Assembly (NCBI GenBank): GCA_044450645.1
Contig: JBIOJG010000015.1
Span: 39,512-103,511 of the forward strand
Origin: Candidatus Binatia bacterium
GTDB lineage: Bacteria; Desulfobacterota; Binatia; HRBIN30
Reading direction: 5' to 3'
DNA length: 64,000 bases
The position numbers were made by a program, and so were the translations under genes. The first letter of the stretch is position 1. Every line of letters starts with the position of its first letter. Of this stretch, positions 30,690-40,545 are shown piece after piece. A model generated the notes under the pieces. That model was not told where the DNA came from. It did not search any database and was given only the letters and a program-made list of their open reading frames with translations.

Positions 30690-32906
30690 ATGCGCATCGT
30701 CCGCGTACTCGCGTTGCTGTTGCCGGTTTGGGTTGCGGCGGCGCAGGGGGTGCCTGAGCCGACGCGCAGTACCGAGGTGTTTACTGGTGGCGCCGAGGTA
30801 CTGTCGCCGCGCGAGAAGCCCGACAAACCGGTGACGACGTACTGGCGGGTACGACTGTCTCTCAAAATGACAGATGCGCGGCCGGGAGCTCACCTCCAAG
30901 TCTTGCTCCCACTGTCGGACGACCACCAGCAGATTCTCGGGCGTTCGGTGGAGATGGACGGGTTCAGCTACCGCGAGCAACCGGAACAGCCCAATTTGTT
31001 GGGATATTGGGCGCGCACTGCACCGTCGGCTGACCCGACGCAGATCGAGTACGACGTGAACGTGGCTCTGACCGATACGGCGCGTGCCATCCCGCCCACG
31101 CCATTGGCGGAGTACAGCGCGCCGGATGCCGAAAGCGGATACCTGCAGCCATCGCGGATGGTGCAAAGCAGCGATCCGGAATTCCGCCGTCGGGCACGTG
31201 ACTTGATCAAAGAAGCACGCACGGTCGAAGATGCCGCTTGGGCGCTCTTTCAATACACTGCGGCCTTCGTTCGGATCGGCCCTGGGGAGGCCCAAGAGGA
31301 TGCTTTGACGGTGCTGCGGCAGGAACGGGGGAACAGCGCTGGCAAGGCCCGGTTGCTCACAGCGCTGCTGCGCAGCATCGGCGTCCCCGCCCGCGTGGTT
31401 GGGGGACTGAAACTGGAGGACGCGACCAAGAAGCGTGCGACGATCTCGTGGGTGGAAGCCTATTTCGACGGGAACTGGGTGCCGCTCGACCCCAGCGGTG
31501 GATACTTCGGCTGGCTGCCGAATCACTATCTGGCGTTGTACCGCGACGACTTGCCGTTGATCGTGCACTCGGCAGGTTTGCCTCTCGAATACGATTTCTT
31601 CATCCATCGCACCAGCCGGGAGGCGATCGCGAGACATCCGGATCCTGCCCTGAAAGGAACCGGAAGCGCCGAAACGCAGGTGGGTATGGAACGGGTGCGC
31701 ACGGCGGCGAGTTACGTGGAACGGCCGGTTGCTTCGGTCGTCGTGATCGCCGACCAGAGCGTGCCCGACGCGGTGAGCGACCGCATGCTGCGAGAAGCGC
31801 AGGCGGAGCAGATCAACCTGGTGGTTTTGCACGCCCACTTCGAGTCACGTTACTTCCGCGAGCAGTACCTGCAGCGTCTGGTGGACAACAACCTCGGCCT
31901 CATTCGCAATGCGCACGTCCTGTTGATTGCTACGCATGACGATGCAGGGCTGTATGCGTTGATGACCCTGGGAGAGAAGAACCTGGCCCTCGGCGACATG
32001 CGGATCGTGATCTCGGGCAAGTTTCCGCAAGCGGTAGGCAAAGTCCTGGGAGCGGTGTTGTATCGCTTGGTGTCGGCTGGCGAGGTGGTCCTGGTGAACC
32101 AGCCGTCCGAGCTTCTGGGATTGTGGGAGATGGTTCGCGCCAACGTCATCGACGGGGTGCCGATGGTGGAGGAGGCGCGCAAGTGGGAGCTGGAGCCGCT
32201 GGTGCTGAATCAGAGCGTGTTGGATGATTTGGGTTTCTGGCGCAACCGAGTGGTCGGCGCCTGGGCTCGAGGGGTACGGGCACAGGTGCCGTTGCAGGCC
32301 CTGAACCTGATCCTCGTGCTCCCGGTGATTGCCGCGATCATCGTCGTGGCCCGTACCGTGATCGGCGTGGAGACCTTCGGCACGTTTTCCCCGGTCATCG
32401 TGTCACTAGCATTCCTCACCACCGGATTGCGCTGGGGGACCGCCATCTTTGCGGTGATCGTCGGAGTGGGCGCGTTGGTCCGCGCGCTGCTGCAACGGGT
32501 TCGACTGCAGTTGGTTGCCCGCCTGGCGATTTTGATCGCCGTGGTGGCGGGCGTGATGGCGGCGCTGACGGTGGTCGGAGCATCGTTTGGAATCGGTGCC
32601 TTGATGAACGTCAGCATCTTTCCCATGGTGATCATGTCGAACGTGATCGAGAACTTCTCGACGTCACAGGCTGAGTTCGGTACCCGCGAGGCCGTACGTT
32701 TGACTATCAACACTCTCGGCCTGGCAGCGATCTGCTACCTGGCGATCGACACGACGGGTCTGCAGTCGGTGCTGCTGGCTTTTCCGGAATTGCTGATCTG
32801 TTCCATTGCCATCGACATTGCCTTGGGGAAGTGGCGCGGTTTGCGGCTGCTGGAGTATTTGCGTTTCTTTGATTTGACGCGGCGCTCTGACCGATGGACT
32901 CCCTGA
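30690..32906 (+). CDS. Inactive transglutaminase-like domain fused to a C-terminal 7-TM domain (7TM_transglut-type)
   Basis: Signal peptide, then a periplasmic transglutaminase-like core (GNSAGKARLLTALLRSIGVPARVVGG) in which the catalytic Cys is Ser and the His position is lost (ISWVEAYFDGNWVPLDPSGG). Seven predicted C-terminal TM helices. Confidence 0.7.
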   Translation: MRIVRVLALLLPVWVAAAQGVPEPTRSTEVFTGGAEVLSPREKPDKPVTTYWRVRLSLKMTDARPGAHLQVLLPLSDDHQQILGRSVEMDGFSYREQPEQPNLLGYWARTAPSADPTQIEYDVNVALTDTARAIPPTPLAEYSAPDAESGYLQPSRMVQSSDPEFRRRARDLIKEARTVEDAAWALFQYTAAFVRIGPGEAQEDALTVLRQERGNSAGKARLLTALLRSIGVPARVVGGLKLEDATKKRATISWVEAYFDGNWVPLDPSGGYFGWLPNHYLALYRDDLPLIVHSAGLPLEYDFFIHRTSREAIARHPDPALKGTGSAETQVGMERVRTAASYVERPVASVVVIADQSVPDAVSDRMLREAQAEQINLVVLHAHFESRYFREQYLQRLVDNNLGLIRNAHVLLIATHDDAGLYALMTLGEKNLALGDMRIVISGKFPQAVGKVLGAVLYRLVSAGEVVLVNQPSELLGLWEMVRANVIDGVPMVEEARKWELEPLVLNQSVLDDLGFWRNRVVGAWARGVRAQVPLQALNLILVLPVIAAIIVVARTVIGVETFGTFSPVIVSLAFLTTGLRWGTAIFAVIVGVGALVRALLQRVRLQLVARLAILIAVVAGVMAALTVVGASFGIGALMNVSIFPMVIMSNVIENFSTSQAEFGTREAVRLTINTLGLAAICYLAIDTTGLQSVLLAFPELLICSIAIDIALGKWRGLRLLEYLRFFDLTRRSDRWTP

Positions 32907-33841
32907 TCGAACGCCTGCGGCGAGTGCGGCGGGAGGCGCTCGGTTTGAACCGTCGCAACCAGGAATTCCTGGCGCCGCTCAACCCTCCGCGTTTGATCGG
33001 GCTGGTTGACCACAAGGTACACACCAAGGAGATCCTGCGCAGACACGGCCTCCCGGTGCCGGATACCTTTGGGTGCTACACACGCCAGCGCGAGCTCGGA
33101 CTGTTGGCACGTGAGGTCGAGCGTCGCGCGGAATTCGTTCTGAAGCCGGCGCGCGGCGCCGGTGGTGACGGCGTGGTCGTGATTGCTGGTCGCGCCAACG
33201 GCCGCCTGGTGAAGGCCAGCGGGCCGAGTCTGCGATTGATGGACCTGGTGGCGCACGCTGCCGACATCATTGCGGGCGCCTTCTCGCTGAGTCAGGCGCG
33301 CGACGAGGCGGTCCTCGAATACCGCTTGGCACCGGAGCCGGCGTTGGGAGCGTTTAGCCCCGGAGGCATTCCGGACATTCGCATCCTGGTGGTGCGCGGG
33401 GTGCCGGTGATGGCGATGCTGCGCCTACCCACACGGAGCTCCGACGGGCGGGCCAACCTACATGTCGGTGGCGTCGGGGTGGGGCTTGATTTGCACAGTG
33501 GCAGGGCGGTACACGCCATCTGGCGGGACCGCCCAATTGTGGTCCATCCCGATACCCAACAGCCGTTCTCCGGATTGCGCGTGCCCGAGTGGAACGAGAT
33601 CCTCATGGCTGCGGCACAGAGCTACGAGGCAATTCCGCTCGGCTACTTCGGTATCGATATCGTCATCGATGCCAAGCTCGGTCCCTCGATCCTCGAACTG
33701 AACGCTCGTCCGGGCCTGAGCATACAGCTCGCCAACCGTCGGGGACTGCGCCGGATGCTTGACGAGTTGAATGCGCGGCATACGGAGAAGCTCGCTGCGA
33801 AGGATCGTGTCGAGGTTGGGCTGGAGATCTCCGCGACTTGA
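32894..33841 (+). CDS. ATP-grasp fold amidoligase (RimK-like alpha-L-glutamate ligase-related)
   Basis: FVLKPARGAGGDGVVV … IRILVVRGVPVMAMLRLP … GVGVGLDL … FGIDIVID … LELNARPGLSI are ATP-grasp features: K-loop, large-loop and the D/E-x-N Mg site. Its start overlaps the upstream stop. Confidence 0.75.
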   Translation: MDSLIERLRRVRREALGLNRRNQEFLAPLNPPRLIGLVDHKVHTKEILRRHGLPVPDTFGCYTRQRELGLLAREVERRAEFVLKPARGAGGDGVVVIAGRANGRLVKASGPSLRLMDLVAHAADIIAGAFSLSQARDEAVLEYRLAPEPALGAFSPGGIPDIRILVVRGVPVMAMLRLPTRSSDGRANLHVGGVGVGLDLHSGRAVHAIWRDRPIVVHPDTQQPFSGLRVPEWNEILMAAAQSYEAIPLGYFGIDIVIDAKLGPSILELNARPGLSIQLANRRGLRRMLDELNARHTEKLAAKDRVEVGLEISAT

Positions 33842-34658
33842 CCCGGCCTTGCAATCCCTGTTTGGTTACGCGGTGTCGCAGTTACAACTGTCCCTCCTGC
33901 TCTCGCTGCTGTGTGTGGCGACACTGGCGATTGCCGGGTGGCGTCCGTATGCCGAGGAGTTTCGGGAACGGTTGCCGCAGATCGTCGCGGCATTCTTGCT
34001 CGTCGGCATTCTCGCCGTGGCTGTCTTTTACCCCGTGACGTCCTTTGGGGAAGCCGAGGAGATTGATCCGGAGACCATCTGGTTCCCCTCCCTGCTGTTC
34101 GGGCACTGTATCCTGTCCGCATTCCTGTTCCTCTGGTGGCGGCTGCGCCGGGACATTGCGTTTGCCGCGTTTCTTCATCTGTCCTGGAGTGGCTGGTGGG
34201 ACAAGATCCGCCACGGCGTAGCCACCGGCTGCGGTGGTTGGGTTGTGACGGTGATGGCTACGGGTGCCGCTGCCGGACTGTTTGGCCTGACCGGCCGCCT
34301 CTCGGCGCCCACCGAGGCGCCGCCGCTGATCCTCTGGCTGGCCGAGCTGCCGATCCTCTACCGATTGATTATCGTTGGTGTGGCGATGACGGTCGAAGAA
34401 GCCTTCTTCCGTGGGTTTCTTCAGCCGCGCTTCGGGTTGCTGGTGTCGAGTATTCTGTTTGCTTTGAGCCATTTCAGCTATGGCCTGCCGTTCATGATTG
34501 TCGGCGTGTTCACCATCTCGCTGATCATCGGTCGTACGTTCGAGCGCGAAAGAGATCTGCTGCCGTGCATCATTGCTCACGGTATCTTCGATGGGGTGCA
34601 ACTACTGATCGTCTTGCCTTGGGTCGTACACACATGGTCGCCCGCGGGGCCGCTCTAA
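33771..34658 (+). CDS. CPBP-family (CAAX/Abi) intramembrane metalloprotease
   Basis: Multi-TM protein with motif 1 EEAFFRGFLQ, motif 2 FALSHF and motif 3 IIAHGIFDG. ATG 33771 lies inside the ATP-grasp gene. An alternative TTG/GTG start just after the 33841 stop (e.g. 33849) is equally plausible. Confidence 0.7.
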   Translation: MRGIRRSSLRRIVSRLGWRSPRLDPALQSLFGYAVSQLQLSLLLSLLCVATLAIAGWRPYAEEFRERLPQIVAAFLLVGILAVAVFYPVTSFGEAEEIDPETIWFPSLLFGHCILSAFLFLWWRLRRDIAFAAFLHLSWSGWWDKIRHGVATGCGGWVVTVMATGAAAGLFGLTGRLSAPTEAPPLILWLAELPILYRLIIVGVAMTVEEAFFRGFLQPRFGLLVSSILFALSHFSYGLPFMIVGVFTISLIIGRTFERERDLLPCIIAHGIFDGVQLLIVLPWVVHTWSPAGPL

Positions 34659-34790
34659 ACATGTCGCGTGCTGCAGCGCCGGCGCACAACCAGCGCGGCC
34701 AGGCGCTGATCGATGCGGTCTATGAGAGTCTCGCGTGACTATGCGAGCCGTCCACGTGGAAGGCCACACTCATTCTGCTGCTCATCCTCA

Positions 34791-36053
34791 TTACGGTCGT
34801 GTTGAACTCAGCGACCGCAAGTACTCCACCAGATCCCGCATGTCAGCGTCGTGAAAGCGGGGCCAGGGAATGCCGCGCTCACGAATCTTTATCTCCATCG
34901 CCGGCGCATGGTTCCACAGGGCCGAGGAAAGGGCCAACGGAGAAGACAGGGCAGGGGAGCGGGAGAGATCGGGGGCGAGCCGTTTCTCAGTGCCACGCGG
35001 GGTGTAGTGGCAGAGGATGCATCCCTTTTCGATAAAGACGTCGTGCCCCTTCACGGCATCACCGGGCGGGTCAAAGTACTGCAGGAAGAACAGGTAGGCC
35101 ATTAGGTCCGAGATCTCCTGGTCAGAGAACTGTGGCAACGAAATGCCGAGCGCCTGCATCGTGGCCCACATGTTTGGCTCGTGATTCCACAGCCGGCCGG
35201 CGACTTCTGTCACGCTGCGGTGGAGATCTGCCGTGGCGAGGTCTGGTCCAACGTGGCCGCCGGTTCCACCGACACTGTGGCACTTGATGCAGCCTTTCGC
35301 TTCGAAGACCTTCCTGCCCCTCGCCGGACTACCGGGAGCCATGTCTTTCTTTTCTGTACTCGTATCGCTCGAGGCGCTCCGAATGTAGGCAAAGATGTGC
35401 GCCAGGTCCCCGTCGGAAAACTCCGGGCGCGCGATGCCGCTCTCGCCCATTTTGAGAGCCATCGCCGGGCTGTGACTCCACATGGCAGCGGCCAAGAACA
35501 AGGGCGAGGAGTAGTGTTTGTACTTATCAAGCGACGGCCCCACCTGTTTGCCGGCACCACCGATGGCGTGGCACTTGGCACACCCCATTCCGGAAAACAG
35601 CAGCTCGCCCTTGCTTGGGTCACCCGGTCGGTCGAAGTAGTTCAAGAAGTAGAGAAAGGCCGCGAGATCCGCCATCTCCTCGGTACTGATCGTCAAGTGG
35701 GGGATGCGCCGCTCGCGCATCTTCTCGATCATCTCGGGCGAATGATTCCACAAAACTCCCGCCAGTTGCATGACACTCTGCCACACCCCGACTTTCCCCA
35801 AGTCGGGACCCAAGGTGCCGCCCTCGCCCCAAATCGAATGACACATCGGACAGCCCTTCTGCAGGAAGACTTGCCGACCCGCCAGGGGATCGGTGGGCAA
35901 CGCGTCGGTTTCCGTGTCGGCGCACCACGATCTCACGGGCGCTAGAAGCATCCCGCTCAGCAGCACTGCGAAGGCCCATCCCAACCATCGCCGTCTCGCC
36001 GTTGAACTATGGAGTGCCACGCTCACGCTGCCTCGCTCAAACCGGGAAAACAT
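34791..36053 (-). CDS. Tetra-domain c-type cytochrome (four tandem class-I monoheme cytochrome c domains)
   Basis: Four CxxCH sites (CPMCH, CAKCH, CIKCH, CILCH). Each follows a G…KGC and precedes G.GG..GPDL, so four repeated class-I domains. N-terminal signal-like region (RRRWLGWAFAVLLSGMLLAPV). ATG at 36053 chosen; 36122 is possible. Confidence 0.75.
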   Translation of the reverse strand: MFSRFERGSVSVALHSSTARRRWLGWAFAVLLSGMLLAPVRSWCADTETDALPTDPLAGRQVFLQKGCPMCHSIWGEGGTLGPDLGKVGVWQSVMQLAGVLWNHSPEMIEKMRERRIPHLTISTEEMADLAAFLYFLNYFDRPGDPSKGELLFSGMGCAKCHAIGGAGKQVGPSLDKYKHYSSPLFLAAAMWSHSPAMALKMGESGIARPEFSDGDLAHIFAYIRSASSDTSTEKKDMAPGSPARGRKVFEAKGCIKCHSVGGTGGHVGPDLATADLHRSVTEVAGRLWNHEPNMWATMQALGISLPQFSDQEISDLMAYLFFLQYFDPPGDAVKGHDVFIEKGCILCHYTPRGTEKRLAPDLSRSPALSSPLALSSALWNHAPAMEIKIRERGIPWPRFHDADMRDLVEYLRSLSSTRP

Positions 36054-36209
36054 CCTGATGCGCTCCACCGCCGCAGCGAATTCTTTCTCCCACCGCTCGC
36101 GGATGTCCCACACAGGCGCCATCGGAGAGAGTTTTCAACAATAGCACAGGCAGCAGGCTCTACGCAGGTCGGGTGGTCAAAGCCGCGGGAGAACGGGACC
36201 AGGGTGCGG

Positions 36210-37562
36210 TCAGGCGGCGTCCCGTGGATCGAGCACTATGCCGAGACGGAACGCTTTGTCGTACAAAGCACGGCGACTGATGCCGAGTCGCTTGGCGACT
36301 GCGGTTTTATTCCAGTTCATATCGACCAGTGTGCGCTGAATGAGTTCACGCTCCAAGTCTTCGAGCGTGGTCAGCTCCTGCGGCAAGCTACGATTCTCGG
36401 CCGGCTCGAGTGAGGGGAAATCCCGTCGCCGCAGCACCGGCCCCTCCAACATGATCATGGCCCGTTCGACGACGTTCTCGAGTTCCCTCACGTTTCCCGG
36501 CCACGAGTAGCTGCGCAGGAGTTCGAGCGCGTCAGGGGCGATGCTGGGAACGGGTTTCTTGACGTTGATGGCTTGGATCCGAACGAAATGGTCCAGCAGC
36601 AACGGAATATCCTCGCGGCGCTCGCGCAGCGGCGGCATGTGGATGTTCACCACACTGAGGCGGTAGTACAAGTCCTCGCGGAACGTACCGGCGGTAATCA
36701 TGCGGCTGAGGTCGCGGTTCGTTGAGGCGATGATCCGCACGTCAGCCTTGATGATGCGTTCGCCGCCGACGCGTTTGTATTCTTTCTCCTGGATCACGCG
36801 CAGCAGTTTCGCCTGAAAGGCGGAGCTGGTCTCAGCGACTTCGTCGAGAAACAGCGTGCCGCCGGCGGCCGTCTCGAATAGCCCTTTCTTGGTGATGATC
36901 GCACCGGTGAACGCGCCTTTCTCGTGTCCGAAGAACTCGCTCTCGATCAACGTCTCGGTGAGAGCGCTGCAATTGACGGCGAAAAAGCTGCGTTCCGCGC
37001 GTGGCCCGTGATAATGCAAGTAGCGCGCGACGAGTTCTTTACCCGTACCGCTCTCCCCGGTGATCAGCACGCGGCAATCTGAATCATGCAGCTTTTCTAG
37101 CGTTTCGATGATGGCGCGGATTGGCGGCGACTGGCCGACGATCGGCCGCAGCGGAAGGGCGCCGAGTTGACGCCGCAGGGACGCATTCTCCGCAACCAAA
37201 CGGCGGTAGTCGAGCGCCTTGCTCACCTTGAACGCGAGTTCGTCGGGAGGGAAGGGCTTGGCGAGAAAATCGGCGGCGCCTTTCTTCACCGCCTCCACCG
37301 CGGCTTCGATGCTGGCGAAGCCGGTCACCATGATCACCACCGAGCCCGGCCGTTCCACGTTGATGCGCTCGAGCAGGGTCATGCCCGAGACATCGGGAAG
37401 TTTGAGGTCCAGGAGGATCACGTCGGCGGGTTCCTTCGCGAGCGCGGCGAGCGCTTCGGCACCGGTGGAGCAGGTGCGCACCGCATAGCCCGCCTGCGAG
37501 AGAACTTGCTCCATGTTGAGCGCCATGGAGAGTTCGTCGTCGACGACCAAGACGGTGTTCAT
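36210..37562 (-). CDS. Sigma-54-dependent response regulator (NtrC family: REC, AAA+, Fis-type HTH)
   Basis: REC (VLVVDDE … [10 protein letters not shown]). AAA+ Walker A ([10 protein letters not shown]). GAFTGA motif ([11 protein letters not shown]). Walker B LFLDEV. C-terminal HTH ([15 protein letters not shown]). Confidence 0.9.
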   Translation of the reverse strand: MNTVLVVDDELSMALNMEQVLSQAGYAVRTCSTGAEALAALAKEPADVILLDLKLPDVSGMTLLERINVERPGSVVIMVTGFASIEAAVEAVKKGAADFLAKPFPPDELAFKVSKALDYRRLVAENASLRRQLGALPLRPIVGQSPPIRAIIETLEKLHDSDCRVLITGESGTGKELVARYLHYHGPRAERSFFAVNCSALTETLIESEFFGHEKGAFTGAIITKKGLFETAAGGTLFLDEVAETSSAFQAKLLRVIQEKEYKRVGGERIIKADVRIIASTNRDLSRMITAGTFREDLYYRLSVVNIHMPPLRERREDIPLLLDHFVRIQAINVKKPVPSIAPDALELLRSYSWPGNVRELENVVERAMIMLEGPVLRRRDFPSLEPAENRSLPQELTTLEDLERELIQRTLVDMNWNKTAVAKRLGISRRALYDKAFRLGIVLDPRDAA

Positions 37563-38881
37563 GCAGCCTCCTCACGTGCCAGGGGGCTGGCGTCGACCGG
37601 AAGACCGACCGTGAAAGTCGAGCCGCTTCCAGCTGCGCTGTCAACGCGCATCGTGCCGCCGAGCCGGCGGACGATGGTCAGCGAGAGCGAAAGACCGAGG
37701 CCGACGCCATCGGCGCCGTTCTTGGTGGTGAAAAAGGGGCTGAAGACGTCATCCAAGTGCTCACGCGGAATGCCGTGTCCATTGTCGCGTACCCGCACCT
37801 CCACCGTCTCCGGCTCCGCCCCGAGGCCGGTTTCGACGACCACCTCTCCGCCGTCTTCCACGGCGTCGAGGGCGTTGCACAACAGGTTGACGACTACCTG
37901 CCGCAACGCGCCCTCCTGCCCGTGTACCCGTAAGCCCGGCGTCAGGCGTTGCTCAATGTGGACGTGCCGCTGAGTTGCTCGGTTCTCGAACAGCAGGATG
38001 ACGCCGTGGGTCACCTTTGCAATGTCGACACTTTGTGGCGTCCCGTCCTGCTGGGGCGAAAGCGCCAGCAAGCTGCGGATAACTCCGCCGATGCGAAATG
38101 CAGACTCCGCGATGGTGGCGAGATCCTGCAGATAGCGTTGTGACAGGCCGTCGTGCTCCGCCTGCCGCCGCATCACCTCTGCCTTGCCGACGATGATCGC
38201 GGCGGGATTGTTGATGTGATGGGCCACGTCGGCAGCGAGACGGCCGACGGACAGGTGCCGGTACGTCTGCTCGAGGATCTGATTGCGGTGCTGCAGTTGG
38301 AGATTGACCTCGAACAGGCGGTGGCGATTGGTGCGCAACTGGCGGGAAACCAGGGCCAGCGAGTGCGCAATAAAGAACGCAAATCCCAACCGCAGCATCA
38401 GTTCCTCCGGTGCGCATCGCTGCGCCGAGGGAAGCCAGAGATACAGGGTCGTGTACAACCCGGCAAAGCCAGTGGCGGCGGCGATGCCCACCGTCGCGCC
38501 GAAGTAGAACGCGTGCAGTGCGACGAGCACGTAGAACGCGAGATACACGCCGGACATCGGCTCCGCTGACCACAGACAGATGAGGAAGAGGAACACGAGA
38601 TCCGCAGGGAGTACCGCCAAATAGGCGCGGGCACGGACCTGCGGGCGACGCCACACCTGGAGATACAGCGTCAGTGAGTACGCGACGAACGCTGCGGTGA
38701 GAACAAAGCCCTTGAGCGTTACGCCTGGTGCGGCGAATCTCCATAACCACACGGCTGCTGCCCCAGCGGATCCCACGCGCAACGCGAGAAAATACCGGTC
38801 CGCCTGATCAAACGCGGACGCCGATACCTGGCTGTCCGCGCTAGGCGAGAGTTGGGAGAACCACACGGAAAACCGATCCAT
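37559..38881 (-). CDS. Membrane sensor histidine kinase (partner of the NtrC-like regulator)
   Basis: About six TM helices. H-box AADVAHHINNPAA. HATPase N/G boxes (LLCNALDAV … DNGHGIP … GVGLGLSLSLTIVRRLGG). Stop overlaps the NtrC-like ATG (ATGA). ATG at 38881 chosen. Confidence 0.8.
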   Translation of the reverse strand: MDRFSVWFSQLSPSADSQVSASAFDQADRYFLALRVGSAGAAAVWLWRFAAPGVTLKGFVLTAAFVAYSLTLYLQVWRRPQVRARAYLAVLPADLVFLFLICLWSAEPMSGVYLAFYVLVALHAFYFGATVGIAAATGFAGLYTTLYLWLPSAQRCAPEELMLRLGFAFFIAHSLALVSRQLRTNRHRLFEVNLQLQHRNQILEQTYRHLSVGRLAADVAHHINNPAAIIVGKAEVMRRQAEHDGLSQRYLQDLATIAESAFRIGGVIRSLLALSPQQDGTPQSVDIAKVTHGVILLFENRATQRHVHIEQRLTPGLRVHGQEGALRQVVVNLLCNALDAVEDGGEVVVETGLGAEPETVEVRVRDNGHGIPREHLDDVFSPFFTTKNGADGVGLGLSLSLTIVRRLGGTMRVDSAAGSGSTFTVGLPVDASPLAREEAA

Positions 38882-40232
38882 GGCCAACTTTACTGCTGAC
38901 CTCAATGCTGCCCCCGTGAGCCTTGATGATCCCGTAGCTGACCGAGAGGCCCAGCCCCGAGCCGTCGCCGCTCTTTTTCGTGGAGAAGAACGGGTCAAAG
39001 ACGCGCCCGATGGTCTCCGGACGGATCCCGGTGCCCGAGTCAATCACCTCCACGTGGATGCAACCGTTGTTCGGCCAGGTACGCAACCGAATTGTCCCAC
39101 CCTCCGGCATCGCATCTTTCGCATTCTGCAACAGGTTGAGGAACACTTGCTTCAGTTGGTTGGCGTCAGCACGTACGAGCGGGAGCGCGTCGTAATGCTC
39201 GGGGACGATCGTGACATTCACGCGTGCGAACGACGGCCCGACAAAGCGCACGGTTTCGCGAAGAACCTGGTTCACATCGGTTGCCGCCAATGTCGTCTCG
39301 GACTTCCGCGCAAAAAGCAGCAGGCCACGCACAACCTCGGCGATGCGGCCGATCTCACGGCCCATGACGTCGAAGTCCTGGCGGCAGAGTTGCGGGCAGC
39401 TACGCTCGTCCGCCATCGCCTGCAACTCCTGGGCCTTTCCCATCATGATGCCGAGGGGATTGTTGATCTCGTGCGCGATTGCGGCAGCCATCTCACCAAC
39501 GACGCTGAGTTTCTCCGCTTGGATAAGCTGTGCTTCAACCTCACGATTGCGTGTATGCAGTCCCATCTCGGTACGGCGTGCACGGAGAAAGATGTGTGCC
39601 AAGAGAACGAAGAGCACGGCGCCTACTCCGAAGGATATGAGCCACAGCATCCGCCGGGCAGTGTCGAGGTTGCGGAAGAAGGTTACGGGGTTCTTGTGGA
39701 TCTCGAAAACCGCGTACACCTTGCCGTCGGATGACGCTGTCGGGACGTAAACCTGCAGCATGCGGCGACCGTCAGAGCCCTCACCACCGCCGGCGCGCAA
39801 CGCCTTGGGTGTTGCCACCTCTACCCCCGGCTGTCCCTTGAGCGCGGCGGCCAGCTGAGGGTTGCTGTGTTCGTCCTCTCGCATCCATTGTGCATCGTCG
39901 GACCAGACCGCCGTTCCGTGCTCATCGTAAACCTTGACGTGGAGAATTTCGGGAATGCTGGTGAGATGCTGCGTGAGGTGGACGAAGGCCCAGACCTTGT
40001 TATTGCTGGCAGCGAAGCGGAACTGTTCTGGAGTCAAATCCAGGTTCGTCATTGCCCGCACCGCCTCCGTCGTAACCTGGGCTTCACGGTCGAAGAGGTT
40101 GCGCGTCAGCAGGCGGTCTACCGCACCACCGAGGACGGCGATCGCGAGCCCACTGCACAGCAGCATGGCCGCGAGAAATCGCTGGAAAGGGTCCAGCCGG
40201 ATCTTGGTTCGCACTGTCCTGTCCGATCGCAT
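38841..40232 (-). CDS. Sensor histidine kinase with periplasmic sensor domain (second kinase in the block)
   Basis: TM, ~170-aa periplasmic region, TM. H-box AAAIAHEINNPLG. N/G boxes (LLQNAKDAM … DSGTGIR … GSGLGLSVSYGIIKAHGG). ATG at 40232 (MRSDRTV…). Confidence 0.8.
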   Translation of the reverse strand: MRSDRTVRTKIRLDPFQRFLAAMLLCSGLAIAVLGGAVDRLLTRNLFDREAQVTTEAVRAMTNLDLTPEQFRFAASNNKVWAFVHLTQHLTSIPEILHVKVYDEHGTAVWSDDAQWMREDEHSNPQLAAALKGQPGVEVATPKALRAGGGEGSDGRRMLQVYVPTASSDGKVYAVFEIHKNPVTFFRNLDTARRMLWLISFGVGAVLFVLLAHIFLRARRTEMGLHTRNREVEAQLIQAEKLSVVGEMAAAIAHEINNPLGIMMGKAQELQAMADERSCPQLCRQDFDVMGREIGRIAEVVRGLLLFARKSETTLAATDVNQVLRETVRFVGPSFARVNVTIVPEHYDALPLVRADANQLKQVFLNLLQNAKDAMPEGGTIRLRTWPNNGCIHVEVIDSGTGIRPETIGRVFDPFFSTKKSGDGSGLGLSVSYGIIKAHGGSIEVSSKVGHGSVFRVVLPTLA

Positions 40233-40429
40233 GCCTGGTGGCGAAAGGCAAGCGCCGTACTCCGTCCAGGAAATAGGCTGCGCGGGAAGAACGGCCCCAG
40301 ACCGCTTGCAGATCCCCGCTGTGCATTTATTGCGCGGTGTGCAGAAGCTGCGCATTGCGATTTCGGTTGACCTGTGTCGGCGTGGGCTGTCAGCCAATCA
40401 GAAACTGCGGTGGCCGTATGACGACAAGC

Positions 40430-40443
40430 GGCACATCTCTTGC
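40430..40443 (+). promoter_or_regulatory. Candidate sigma-54 (-24/-12) promoter upstream of the NHL/cytochrome cluster
   Basis: cGGCACatctcTTGCg has GG at 40430–40431 and GC at 40442–40443, exactly GG-N10-GC. It matches the TGGCAC-N5-TTGC consensus except at the first T. It lies ~100 nt upstream of the 40546 start, immediately downstream of the NtrC-type activator genes. Confidence 0.5.
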
Positions 40444-40545
40444 GCAGTCACGTGGCCGGAATGGAATCCGTAGGTCCGGACAGCGGCCGACGCATCATGC
40501 GCCGCAGGGACCCATGGGGGGGCGAGAACAAGAGGAGATCGCGTC

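Noticed and set aside
36123-36209. Possible second sigma-54 promoter upstream of the tetra-domain cytochrome gene
   Set aside because: The best candidate (TGCTGCCTGTGCTATTGTTG on the minus strand) lacks the GG dinucleotide at -24, so it does not satisfy GG-N10-GC.
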